Of a stretch of 64,000 nucleotides of DNA, positions 1 through 11,160 are shown in pieces (the stretch's first letter is position 1; each line of letters begins with the position of its first letter). A program made the position numbers and the translations under genes. The DNA is from Desulforhopalus sp. (GTDB lineage: Bacteria; Desulfobacterota; Desulfobulbia; Desulfobulbales; Desulfocapsaceae). The stretch spans positions 14,863 through 78,862 of the forward strand of contig JBLHNA010000014.1 of assembly GCA_047619065.1 (NCBI GenBank). The letters are read 5' to 3'. The notes under the pieces were generated by a model. That model was not told the DNA's origin. It did not search any database and saw only the letters and a program-made list of their open reading frames with translations.

Positions 1-87
1 TAAGTGTATAGAGCTGATGTCAGGAAAATCACACCAATTATCATTATGTTCTCCGGCTAACGAACCAGAATGCCACCACAAAAATAT

Positions 88-324
88 CTAGCCCGAAATT
101 CTCATGATCTTTTTGATTTAAAGCTCAACATTATGATATTACTTATAAATGATAACTTGGTTGAAAAACAGGGTGTTTTTCATTTTAAATCAAAAAATAC
201 ACCCTTCGGGTCAATAGATTTTTCCGCAAAGTCTGCGTTACAAGCCACTTGCGGTAGTTTATTATAGCAGCGTGGCTTGTGTCTTGACCTACGAAAAACT
301 TTATTGATGAGAAATTCGGGCTAG
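88..324. repeat. Nested inverted repeats enclosing ~200 bp of AT-rich DNA; MITE-like or structured-RNA candidate. Outer 18-bp arms 88-105 / 307-324 (1 mismatch); inner 12-bp arms 111-122 / 184-195.
   Basis: CTAGCCCGAAATTCTCAT (88-105) vs the reverse complement of ATGAGAAATTCGGGCTAG (307-324). TTTTGATTTAAA (111-122) vs TTTAAATCAAAA (184-195). Read directly. Confidence 0.5.
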
Positions 325-436
325 TCGCTTATTACCAAGGATAACATTTTGAGCATAACACAGGTATTGAGTGAAATAGTAACTTTTCTAGGTGCCCTAA
401 AATCATAATAGGAATGTATCTATTACTAACAGACAG

Positions 437-655
437 CTAAACCCTTAACGGTGTAATCAACGCGGTGATACCCAGAATATAAGCAATATTGAAAATGTTT
501 GAACCTATAACATTGGCTACGCTGACACCTCCTTTACCCTATAGATGGGCCTGAATACTAACAACAAGGTCTGATGCGTTTGTTCCAAAGGCAACAAATG
601 TCAATCCAATACACAATGGCGGTATTCCGAGGCGAGAACCGATACCTTTGGGAAG
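437..655 (-). pseudogene. Remnant of a CaCA-family Na+/Ca2+ antiporter (YrbG-like), one alpha-repeat only
   Basis: Minus-strand translation: LPKGIGSRLGIPPLCIGLTFVAFGTNASDLVVSIQAHL*GKGGVSVANVIGSNIFNIAYILGITALITPLRV*. It fits the conserved GTSxPEL...GNVIGSNIFN alpha-repeat. There is an in-frame TAG at 539-541, only ~70 codons remain, and the track has no ORF here. Confidence 0.55.
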
Positions 656-891
656 TTATCGTGTTTTCGACCTTCCCCCAGCGTTAAACCTGAACTTTAC
701 GTCCAGATGTATCAGGGAGGTAGAGGAGAACCGGCGGCAGTTTCAATACCTTTTACTGAAATCAGTTGGCACTGTTGTCGTTCTCGCATTAATCAACTAT
801 TTATAATACAATAAGGATGTATCTAGGTACAGCTGACATACATAGCAAGAAACTATCTAAAGCAAGTCCTAACCCAAGCAGGAGATACTTC

Positions 892-1185
892 ATGAATGTC
901 AAAATAATCAGCAGACGAATTTTTCGAACGAACAAAAAGGATAAATTAATTCCACTGCTTAAAAAGCTGCGAAAATCTGCCGAAAAACAGAAGGGTTATA
1001 TTGCACGAGCATCATATTCCTGCCTCAGTGATCCCGATCAATATCTTGTCATAAGCGATTGGGAGTCGGTTGAACACTGGGAAAAATGGATGGGAAAGAA
1101 GAAAACCAAGAAAATACAGGGTGATATTGATTCACTTATTGGTGAGAAAACCTTCTTTGACGTTTACGTAGAAGAAAATTATTAA
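892..1185 (+). CDS. Antibiotic-biosynthesis-monooxygenase (ABM) domain protein
   Basis: YIARASYSCLSDPDQYLVISDWESVEHWEKWM is typical of the ABM ferredoxin-like fold. The internal ATG at 892 is preceded by AGGAGA 7 nt upstream, whereas the track ORF starts at 817. Confidence 0.6.
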   Translation: MNVKIISRRIFRTNKKDKLIPLLKKLRKSAEKQKGYIARASYSCLSDPDQYLVISDWESVEHWEKWMGKKKTKKIQGDIDSLIGEKTFFDVYVEENY

Positions 1186-1407
1186 ATTTGATTTATGACC
1201 ATGAGGATTCTCTTCTTCAACGCAGTCATCGATCAGGTAGAAAGTGGGTGGTTATCATCGCCTTTTGAAGAGGTGATACTACGCTTACAGATATCCCCAG
1301 AGGAAAAGAGATAATGTCATCGACGAAGATCTCACTCTCCTCTGGGGAACACCAAAAAAATTTATTACTGAACCAGATATTCTCGGGATGTTGCTCAGGA
1401 TTACACT

Positions 1408-2280
1408 CTATGGGCAACACCAGATCGAAGTCTTTTCTAACTTGCTCATAACTTTTGCAGTTGTTTTACCAGCCATTTTGCCACTACTTTTACTTATATT
1501 CTGACCACCCATGCCCATTGCAACAACAGCATAATTGCCTTTTTTTGATTCACTTAAAATCGTACCTGCAACCGACACTCCCCAGACAACCTTTCGTTTA
1601 ATACGTTTTGAAGAAATATTATGATTTTGCAGTATCGATACCGCGCGTTCAAAAAAATCCACGCACTCTGTACTTAAACTATTTTCAACATACAGGAGAG
1701 TAATGGTATGTTGATCTTGGGAGGAAAGAATATAGCCAACATGATCGACAGCGCGATAACTATTTTCTGAAGCATCTATGCAGAGAAGAACATTTTTTCT
1801 TCCTGGCTCCACATCCGGACATATCCACAAGGGTGAAACGCATGAATGCTCTCTAATCATCGCCTGAAATGTCTCATCTGCAGGCCTTTCAAACATCCAC
1901 TGTAAGGTGTATGAAACACGTCTTCCAAGAACTATGGCATCATAGTGTCCTCGTGCACTTTCGGCCAGTATGTCTTTAATTTTTCCAGATTTTTCAGCGA
2001 CTGCTTTGGTTATTAATTGATCAAGCGGTACCTTACTGTCAGTTAGCATCTTTTGAGCCTTCTTTATGGATCTTTGTGCTTCTGGAGGAACTGGAACAAG
2101 GCAGCTGTCATCGGGCTTTTGCCACATAGATGCATGTTCTTTCTTGCTACTGTCAGATCGGCATATATGGAGCAGGGTCACTTGATTATCTGAAATTTTG
2201 TTGAAAAATGAACAAATAAAATGAACACCAAAAAGATGATCAGTTTCGTTACTGATAGTAACTAGAAAATGATTTTTCAT
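1408..2280 (-). CDS. Tandem-domain universal stress protein (UspA family)
   Basis: Two USP-like halves: the N-terminal MKNHFLVTISNETDH... and a second half NVLLCIDASENSYRAVDHVGYIL ... YAVVAMGMGG. The 290-aa length fits a tandem USP. Confidence 0.7.
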   Translation of the reverse strand: MKNHFLVTISNETDHLFGVHFICSFFNKISDNQVTLLHICRSDSSKKEHASMWQKPDDSCLVPVPPEAQRSIKKAQKMLTDSKVPLDQLITKAVAEKSGKIKDILAESARGHYDAIVLGRRVSYTLQWMFERPADETFQAMIREHSCVSPLWICPDVEPGRKNVLLCIDASENSYRAVDHVGYILSSQDQHTITLLYVENSLSTECVDFFERAVSILQNHNISSKRIKRKVVWGVSVAGTILSESKKGNYAVVAMGMGGQNISKSSGKMAGKTTAKVMSKLEKTSIWCCP

Positions 2281-2385
2281 GAACCCACCTCCACACAGAA
2301 ATATTTAATGGAAACAACCTAACACAGGTAAATAGTAAGTAAGCCAGCATAATCGCCTCCTTTACCCCGCAGCCGGAACCGTTTT

Positions 2386-3060
2386 CTATTCTGGGCGCAG
2401 GCTGGAAGAGAGAGCAACTGTTCCGTCAATAGTATTTACTGGGATTTTAGCACCTAAGGCCGCTTCCCACGAAGAAATTGCTACAGAATTATGCAAATCA
2501 TGCTCAACCACATGAGATCTTGGGTCAGGTGAGAGTAACACCCTGAGTAGCAGGTCGCCGTCGGCACCATGACCAAATCCTTTCTCTCCCTGCCCCGGAA
2601 ATCTTATTACAGATCCGTTGGTTACACCTCGTGGAATTTTTACCTGGAGTGTTTTTTCTTTCGGCATCAACTGGCCATCAGGCCGAGCCTCAAAAATTTA
2701 AAATGAGAGAGTCCGTGTTGTGCCATGAAACACCTCGTCCAGACCTATCGTTATTTCAGCCTCGCGCGATTGCCCAGGAGCATAATAATATCTTTTTTGA
2801 GTTGTTCCAGACGCCCCACGTGAAAAGCGATCACCATGAAATTGGTTGAAAAAATCACTAAAATCTTCAGAACTTCGGAAGTTCTCCCCACTATCATAGT
2901 CATTAGATTTAGAAAATAGGCCGCCAGTTCTGTTTTACCCAGCCCCCTGATCCCGACAGGGAGGTAGTTGCTTCCCGGCTTTCTCCCAGTCTTTGCCATA
3001 CAAGTCATAGAGATTTCGCTTCTCTGAATATCTCAACACTTCTTTGGCTTCATTGATCTC
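2386..3060 (-). pseudogene. Degraded dnaJ/cbpA-type co-chaperone gene (J-domain tail, G/F region and C-terminal domain in three different frames)
   Basis: Minus-strand pieces: EINEAKEVLRYSEKRNLYDLYGKDWEKAGKQ (end of a J domain, preceded by a stop; the HPD part is missing and overlaps the mrp 3' end). Next, in another frame, FSDFFNQFHGDRFSRGASG...GQSREAEITIGLDEVFHGTTRTLSF*. Then ORF 2386-2670: KIPRGVTNGSVIRFPGQGEKG...GDLLLRV...SWEAALGAKIPVNTIDG. At least three frame breaks, and both ends are truncated. Confidence 0.8.
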
Positions 3061-4153
3061 TTAAAGATTCTCCAGATACAGGAAAAACGGTATCCGCTAT
3101 TTGATTTCTTTCTGGTTCATCGTTGTTGTTAAGCCTTGCCACCTTATCGGTGACCTTGACAGCAAGAGCCTCAAATATTTCCTTTGCATCAATATCTACA
3201 TCCATGAGCATTAAAGGTATACCTGCATCTGCTGCACTGCAGATCTCTTTTGAAAGCGGAATCGAACACAATGTTTCAATGCAAGTTAATGGGTCATCAG
3301 CACCGCCGGGCTTCGCTTTGGGGAAGTAATCGTTGTGATGGCCACAGCTACTGCAAACTCCATAACTCATATTTTCAACAATGCCGATAATTGGAATTTC
3401 ACATTCCTCGAACATGCTTACGGCTCTTCGCACATCATCTAGAGCTATATTTTGAGGTGTGGTGACCAGAACAACGCCATCGCATTTTATTTTATGCGCA
3501 AGCGTGAGTGGGATATCACCAGTTCCTGGTGGTAAATCTATGACCAGATAATCGAGAGATCCCCAAAATGTTTTTTGAATAAACTGCAAGACTGTCCCAC
3601 TCGTAAGGTTTCCTCGCCAGGTAAGGGCTTTTCCCTTGTCCACCAGATAACCGATAGACATTGTTTTCATACCATGACGTTCTATTGGTAAAAGGTATTC
3701 TGATGTAAGAACTTCGGGTTTTTCTGTGACTCCAAGCATTGTTGGGAATGACGGACCATAGATATCACCGTCCATTAGACCCGTTTTGAATCCAAGTTTA
3801 CTTATAGCTACGGCAAGGTTTACTGCAGTGTTTGATTTGCCTACCCCACCTTTTCCAGAACCAACCAGTAGGATATGTTTGACTCCACTCACCCCTTCGG
3901 TTGCTACATTTACTTTGCCAAGGTTTATGGTCACTTTATCAAAACCTATATCTCCCAGCGCCTTTTCTGCTTGTAGTATAAATATTTTCTTTTGATCAGT
4001 ATCGTCCGATATCAAGTTAACATCAATGAAGAGACGTTTGTCTCTTATTTCTGTTTTCTTTAGTAAATTAAGGGAATTGATAGACCACTTTAATGTTGGT
4101 TCAAGAAGGGAATCAAAAACTGCATTGATGGCTTGAGTCTCTTTATTTGTCAT
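3050..4153 (-). CDS. mrp: Mrp/ApbC/NBP35-family Fe-S cluster carrier ATPase
   Basis: Deviant Walker A GSGKGGVGKS, a CSSCGH CxxC cluster-ligand motif, an N-terminal DUF59-like region; 367 aa. Confidence 0.92.
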   Translation of the reverse strand: MTNKETQAINAVFDSLLEPTLKWSINSLNLLKKTEIRDKRLFIDVNLISDDTDQKKIFILQAEKALGDIGFDKVTINLGKVNVATEGVSGVKHILLVGSGKGGVGKSNTAVNLAVAISKLGFKTGLMDGDIYGPSFPTMLGVTEKPEVLTSEYLLPIERHGMKTMSIGYLVDKGKALTWRGNLTSGTVLQFIQKTFWGSLDYLVIDLPPGTGDIPLTLAHKIKCDGVVLVTTPQNIALDDVRRAVSMFEECEIPIIGIVENMSYGVCSSCGHHNDYFPKAKPGGADDPLTCIETLCSIPLSKEICSAADAGIPLMLMDVDIDAKEIFEALAVKVTDKVARLNNNDEPERNQIADTVFPVSGESLRDQ

Positions 4154-4406
4154 GTTCTATTTTCTCTTGAGTTAGGATATCGTGAAAAAAGTCATGGTCA
4201 CTTTCAGCGGATTCGGCCCACTGGTTGATCAAAACAGAAAGAACTTCATGGAGAGCAGGATACGTCAAAAGAAGTCTGTTTGAAGCAGTCACCGCATCAG
4301 AGTCGATATCGATATAGACCAGTCCTTCTCGGGCTGCATATTCCAAGCTAGTCCAGACAGAGGGTCTTTTTATTTTGATATAATCAATAAATCCTGACGT
4401 GGTCAT
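4143..4406 (-). CDS. Hypothetical small protein; overlaps the mrp start by 11 nt (probably co-translated)
   Basis: 87-aa ORF between groEL and mrp on the same strand. No recognisable motif. Confidence 0.4.
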   Translation of the reverse strand: MTTSGFIDYIKIKRPSVWTSLEYAAREGLVYIDIDSDAVTASNRLLLTYPALHEVLSVLINQWAESAESDHDFFHDILTQEKIEHDK

Positions 4407-4441
4407 GTTCTGTTTCCTATAATATCTTGTAACAATCTCAA

Positions 4442-4473
4442 CCCCTCAAAGGTGGTTCTCTTCCCTTGAGGGG
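4442..4473 (-). terminator. Possible hairpin terminator or attenuator downstream of groEL
   Basis: 8-bp stem CCCCTCAA (4442-4449) / TTGAGGGG (4466-4473) with a 16-nt loop. The T-tract on the minus strand is weak. Confidence 0.3.
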
Positions 4474-4546
4474 GGTGACGACAAAGCCTTTTTCATACAG
4501 ATTATAGCTCACTGTATAGTTCAGACGTAACGGCGGAAATGCATTG

Positions 4547-6211
<1,665 letters not shown>

Positions 6212-6262
6212 TTATTGTGGGTTTAAACGACGAATACAATAATCTGCTGTTACAACAACCGG

Positions 6263-6553
6263 TTATCCCTCGATCACCCCAAGAACATCATCTTCGCGCA
6301 TGATCAGATAATCATCTCCATTTAGCTTAATATCGGTTCCACCGTATTTTGAAAAGAGTACGGTATCACCTTTTTTTACCTGCAGTGCTACACGCTCCCC
6401 AGCATCATTCAGTTTGCCGGGGCCAACCTCGATTATTTTACCTTCTACCGGTTTTTCTTTAGCCTTGTCAGGAATAATAATGCCACCTGCTGTTTTCTCT
6501 TCCTCTTCAACCCTCTGAACGAGAATACGATCATTTAATGGACGGACTTTCAT
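6263..6553 (-). CDS. groS: Co-chaperonin GroES (Cpn10)
   Basis: [29 protein letters not shown]... 96 aa, directly upstream of groEL. GGAGA RBS. Confidence 0.97.
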   Translation of the reverse strand: MKVRPLNDRILVQRVEEEEKTAGGIIIPDKAKEKPVEGKIIEVGPGKLNDAGERVALQVKKGDTVLFSKYGGTDIKLNGDDYLIMREDDVLGVIEG

Positions 6554-6762
6554 TTATTTTCTCCAATGTTTTGATATTTAAAATCGAGTGCAGACACTGC
6601 CATCTTTGGTTCAATTACTACAGTGCTTTCGAGGATAATAATTACTATATATCAATGGTCAATATATATTCATTTTTTAATTATAGTGTTAATATTACTT
6701 TTTTTACTTTTACATATATGGTAACATTTAATATTATAAACACAAACAGTATGAGGTGAGCG

Positions 6763-7344
6763 ATGACAAAGAGAGAGATCGAAAAAGACATAATTTTGCA
6801 AGTTGATGCAGATGAACTCAAAAAAAGGCAATCGGTGAGAACCACGTTCAAACTGCCGGAGAAAACCATTAACTTGCTCAAATTATCTGCAAAACACTTA
6901 GGTATTAAACAGAAAACACTACTTGACCAATTAATTGAAGACGAAACGATTCTCGACATATTGGCAAAAGAAGCCCAAACTCATAGTTGCATTGATAATG
7001 ATTGTCGGCCGAAAACATTTGTCCTCAGTAAGAAGGCATTGGATCTCATTGATGTCATGTTGGATCGGTATGATATAGCACGTGATATTCTTGTAGAGTT
7101 ATCTATCACCCGACTTGTTTCGTACATTGAGCTTTTGTCTGAACAACATGATCAAAGACGATCGCTACTTAAAGAAATGGATAAATACCAAGAGTTGTTG
7201 GAAGACTTGTCAAGTAAGGCCAAAGCAACATTTAAAGAGGAAGATCCTTTCCAGATGAAACTGGCTAGACTAGCCCAAACAACACAAAAAAGTGTGGGAG
7301 AGATGAAAAAGATGGTCAAAGATGAGAGCGATTTTATTTACTAA
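6763..7344 (+). CDS. Hypothetical protein (possible ribbon-helix-helix-like N-terminus)
   Basis: 193-aa ORF divergent from groES. The segment TTFKLPEKTINLLKLSAKHLGIKQKTLLDQLI resembles RHH-type DNA binders, but only weakly. Confidence 0.4.
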   Translation: MTKREIEKDIILQVDADELKKRQSVRTTFKLPEKTINLLKLSAKHLGIKQKTLLDQLIEDETILDILAKEAQTHSCIDNDCRPKTFVLSKKALDLIDVMLDRYDIARDILVELSITRLVSYIELLSEQHDQRRSLLKEMDKYQELLEDLSSKAKATFKEEDPFQMKLARLAQTTQKSVGEMKKMVKDESDFIY

Positions 7345-8109
7345 GCCCGGTAAACGGATAAATAATCTGAGATTCAGTTCAGAACCCACTCGAAGGCTAT
7401 GGCTTACCTGAGCGATATAAGTGCCTTAGAGGTACCTTTTTTAGAAAGGCAGAACCAGAAGATCTAGTGATCATTCATCCAGATGAACTTGAACCTGTCA
7501 TGAGTCAAATCATGGATCGGTACACACAGATGTTGACACGAATCTAGCCCTGGTTGACGTAAGGGAGGCGGCATTATCTATACAGTGCGTAATCAGAATA
7601 ATATCAATCGTTGTTTTTTCAAAAGTAATCTTTTGAGTTCTGAATGAGTTCACGAGAGGGGTATAGAGGGTATAGCCCTCATGGCCCATGTTCCCACTGT
7701 CAGTTATACCCCTTCCATATATTTCCGAATCAGTTCCTGCTCCACATTGCCCTCTGGTTTGACTTTCATCCCCCCCCTACAATCCGCGCCCTTTAAAATC
7801 GTATAAGTCGTCGCAGGTGCTTCTGGGTACTTGGTTGTAGGTTGTTTTACGGTGGAAGTCAGTATGCGGTGGCATGTAAAAAGATAAGAGATGAGTTGGA
7901 TTCTGCCATCATTTCGATCTACTAGAATCATGTATTTATACTGTGATTGCTCTTCATCGCAACTCTCTGTTGCGGAAAGTCTGTATTGGTTAGAATAACG
8001 AGAATCGTTGTTACAAAAGAATATTCTGTTAAATTTCTCACTGATTTTAAATTAAGCTCTGAAGAGGTCCCGTTTTTTTAGAACAGAACCCGGGCATACT
8101 TGAGGAGGG

Positions 8110-8841
8110 TTGGCAGTATTAATCTATTCTACGAAGGCAGTACTTAAGATTATGACTGATCTCATGCTTTTAACTAAGGATTTGAATGAACAAGTTTTTG
8201 ATCATTATTTAAAAGAGGAATTTCTAGTTAATCAGATGGAACGACTGGAATCATCTGGAGAATTTGATGGGTCTGTTGAAATTTATTGGCTTTCTATGTC
8301 AGGAGTAATGGAACTTGCTTTGCTCTGTGCTGGTAATTATGCTGATTTTGGACAGATTCGTGAAACTGGGGATTTAATAGTAAATCCGAGACATACTGAA
8401 GTTCACATCGATGGTACCTGGGAGCCAGTTAGAGTCAAGAGGTATGAAAGGATAACAGAACAATTTACAGATTATGCTCCTGCAGGAACAAATGTAAGAG
8501 AATGGCTTCGTGATAATACTCATCTTGTACATGTTAAAGGTCCTTTGATACCATATTTGTATGATATGTTGAAGGGGGCAAATATGCTATCAGAATCATA
8601 TCTTTCATCTGTCTATTTACGAATGCAAAAGATTTCAGAAACGATAACATTTGTCATGCAAGGTCAAATGATGGATCCACATTATCCACTCAGTGGAGTG
8701 ATTCCAGAAGAGAAAGAATTTGTTGAAGCGAATCTGTGTAGATACAATAGAAACAAACTACATCAGATAGTTATGGATATTAGTGAGTTGTTAAAAGATG
8801 AGAATTATTGCAGCAGTTTTTTAAAGTGCGAGAAGAGGTAA
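8110..8841 (+). CDS. Hypothetical protein
   Basis: 243-aa ORF with a TTG start in the track. No motif recognised; the start is uncertain. Confidence 0.35.
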   Translation: MAVLIYSTKAVLKIMTDLMLLTKDLNEQVFDHYLKEEFLVNQMERLESSGEFDGSVEIYWLSMSGVMELALLCAGNYADFGQIRETGDLIVNPRHTEVHIDGTWEPVRVKRYERITEQFTDYAPAGTNVREWLRDNTHLVHVKGPLIPYLYDMLKGANMLSESYLSSVYLRMQKISETITFVMQGQMMDPHYPLSGVIPEEKEFVEANLCRYNRNKLHQIVMDISELLKDENYCSSFLKCEKR

Positions 8842-9089
8842 TCGATCAGCAGAAATTCACACCAGCTTCTTCCGGCTGTCTCATCATCATAAACACAAAA
8901 TACTAATATATAAATACGTGGGGGCCTGCATCCTTCTATGCCTTTAACATTAAAGGATTCATATAATTTAAAGCATCTTCATATTGGATTCTTCTATCAA
9001 GAAGATCTCACTTCTTGTGAATTTTCGAATCTATTGTATGTTGGGAAAAGTTAGTAATGAGCACTCAATTTGGATCTAAGGAGAAATAA

Positions 9090-9248
9090 ATGGAAAATGG
9101 GACCAAAGTAAAAATCACAGATATTGACATGCCATTCATGTCGATGGTCGTTTTTATGATAAAATGGGCAATTGCGTCTATTCCTGCAATGATTGTCTTA
9201 ATGTTAGCTGGTGGGCTTGTGACTGCTATTTTTGGAAGTATATTCTAG
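9090..9248 (+). CDS. Small (52 aa) predicted membrane protein, below the ORF-track size cutoff
   Basis: ATG at 9090 preceded by AAGGAGA. Translation: MENGTKVKITDIDMPFMSMVVFMIKWAIASIPAMIVLMLAGGLVTAIFGSIF*, with a hydrophobic hairpin. Confidence 0.4.
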   Translation: MENGTKVKITDIDMPFMSMVVFMIKWAIASIPAMIVLMLAGGLVTAIFGSIF

Positions 9249-9816
9249 AATATTTATCCGATGAAGCGAGAATCTTAAGCAATTCCTCTAAGGAGGCCCC
9301 CTTTCAGTTTCTTCTTTTTTTAAAAATATTTCCAGATATCCAGTTGCTAGTAAAACAATCTAAACTATTGATGTTTCCATCCTTATAACGATTACCAGAA
9401 AATCATAAATTCCCCAATGGATCCAGCGAGTTAATCAAGATCACTGCAGGGGAGTCACGACACAAACAACAGGCTATGATTTTGAGATAAAAGAAAACAA
9501 GTAATGCTTGCAGAACCACATTGAAAACAAGAGCTGAATAGGCCACACAAGCTTTATTGTCATCTACCGAGTATAGTGCAAAAAGAAACTTTTTTTGCTC
9601 ACAGGGAGAAACTGCGCCCTTCAGGCCACATAACCTGAAAGGTAAATACGAATCTCACACCCTCAGCAAAATATCGTGATACCGTAAACGGTTACAATTT
9701 GGCACTTCTATCCAAGAAATTAAGGTAATGTTCAATCACAGTAAACGGCAACGCACACTTGACGACCTCTGCCTTTAACTGGATGTAATTAAAAACGCCT
9801 ATAAGAGGCTTGAACT

Positions 9817-10083
9817 ATGAAACGTGTAACGAACAGTAAGCTTTCTCCTGGTATGGCAATTGTCATTCTCAACATCCCTCCTTATGGTCGTGTCAAGTTG
9901 GGGGATGACAAACAAACAGCTTTCCCAGAATTAAATAAAATCATAATTGACCTTCAGAAACAAGTAGGTTCTGCACCAGAAGACGGGTTCCCAGCTATCA
10001 ATGTAGCAAATCTCTTGGTTGAAAAATTTGACGGTGAGATCACTTTGATTGAATATCCAGAGACAACGGGAATTGTTTATTGA
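9817..10083 (+). CDS. Hypothetical protein
   Basis: 88-aa ORF with an AGAGG-like RBS. No motif recognised. Confidence 0.35.
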   Translation: MKRVTNSKLSPGMAIVILNIPPYGRVKLGDDKQTAFPELNKIIIDLQKQVGSAPEDGFPAINVANLLVEKFDGEITLIEYPETTGIVY

Positions 10084-10240
10084 AGCGTACCAGTGACCTG
10101 TGTACTTATTGAGCTATATCAAGTTTGCTTAGAAGTATATTTTAACCAGCGGTTTGTGTTTAAGATCTAGATATATTGGAACAAAATCTTTTATAACATA
10201 TATACTGTAAACAGAATTCCTTAAGTTATGGAGAATGTAA

Positions 10241-10603
10241 TTGTCTGAAATATGTAAAAAATGTGCTGTATGTTGTAAAAATAATCCTTTTGTAGAACTA
10301 TCTAAAAATGATATAAATGCGTTAAAAAAAGTGACTGGCATACCTTCTGATGTGTTTACATACCCAAAAGATAAAGCGGCCGAAGAATATTTCTTACAAT
10401 TTCAAGACAATGGGTACTGTATTTTCTTAAATGAAGAAAACGGGAATTTTTCTTGTAATGTATATGAAACTAGGCCAGAAATTTGTAAAAATTACCCCTC
10501 AAAACAAAAACAGAAAGAATTCTGTGATGGAAATAGAGAGAAATTTACAAGTGATATTTTCGGCCAACAGATCAACTCTCCAGCCGAGGAAAGTCAGAAA
10601 TAA
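10241..10603 (+). CDS. YkgJ-family (UPF0153) zinc/iron-chelating Cys-cluster protein
   Basis: CKKCAVCC ... YCIFL ... CNVYETRPEICKNYP fits the CxxCxxCC...C...C pattern. TTG start with a GGAGA RBS. Confidence 0.7.
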   Translation: MSEICKKCAVCCKNNPFVELSKNDINALKKVTGIPSDVFTYPKDKAAEEYFLQFQDNGYCIFLNEENGNFSCNVYETRPEICKNYPSKQKQKEFCDGNREKFTSDIFGQQINSPAEESQK

Positions 10604-11160
10604 TGAGTTTTCCGAGAGTCTGAGTATTACTAAATTCCAGGGACACAACCCTGTTATAACAGAAAACTGCATTAGGTGATATTGAACTGATGGTTTTACT
10701 ATTTAGCTCCTGAAACCTGCCTCTAGATCAATACCTTACGGCAAATCTCCTTTTCAAAAATTATTATAGCTACATCCAATTTTGTCCGTGGTCAGAGTCC
10801 AGATTGCTTTTATAGCTCTGGACTCTGTCATTAAGCAGATAATCTGTTGCACTTTTCTTCTTGGCCCAATTTAAATTGGGGGCAATCCATTCCCGAAACG
10901 ATCTATAAATTAAACCGTGCCCAATATCAAGATTGAGGACAATTCCCTGAGCCCGTATGATCGCCGAAAATACAATACCTTGACTATTGTTCCAAGCATA
11001 TTTTTTAGCCAAAACGGCAAAAGACAAGACGTCTTTTGTCAGGCATATCAATACATACACTCCTCACCTACTCCTCCCTCAGTCTGACCTCCCGAAAAAC
11101 AGACCATTACTCCTCCCCCCCTCCAATCAGATCTTGAGTTATACAGCAAAAAGCGGGATA

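Noticed and set aside
1226-1420. 64-aa minus-strand ORF overlapping the USP gene 3' end
   Set aside because: No RBS or motif. It overlaps the USP stop region and is probably spurious.
6554-6762. CIRCE/HrcA operator or sigma-32 promoter upstream of groES
   Set aside because: Only GCACT/GCACTC half-site-like pieces occur, in direct rather than inverted orientation. There is no TTAGCACTC-N9-GAGTGCTAA. A CTCGAAA ... CCAAAGAT pair resembles a sigma-32 promoter only weakly and has a 17-nt spacer. This is not strong enough to call.
9164-9388. 74-aa ORF from the track
   Set aside because: It has no RBS and a Cys/Trp-rich, odd composition. It overlaps, in another frame, the better-supported 52-aa membrane peptide ORF (9090-9248), which has an AAGGAGA RBS.
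9695-9715. TTGGCACTTCTATCC as a sigma-54 promoter
   Set aside because: The -12 element is missing: CC sits where GC should be. This contrasts with the exact TGGCAC-N5-TTGC at 58068-58082.
10770-11060. 96-aa minus-strand ORF between the YkgJ and DUF2971 genes
   Set aside because: No recognisable motif or RBS. It overlaps only the doubtful 5' extension of the DUF2971 ORF. It could be real, but I cannot support it.
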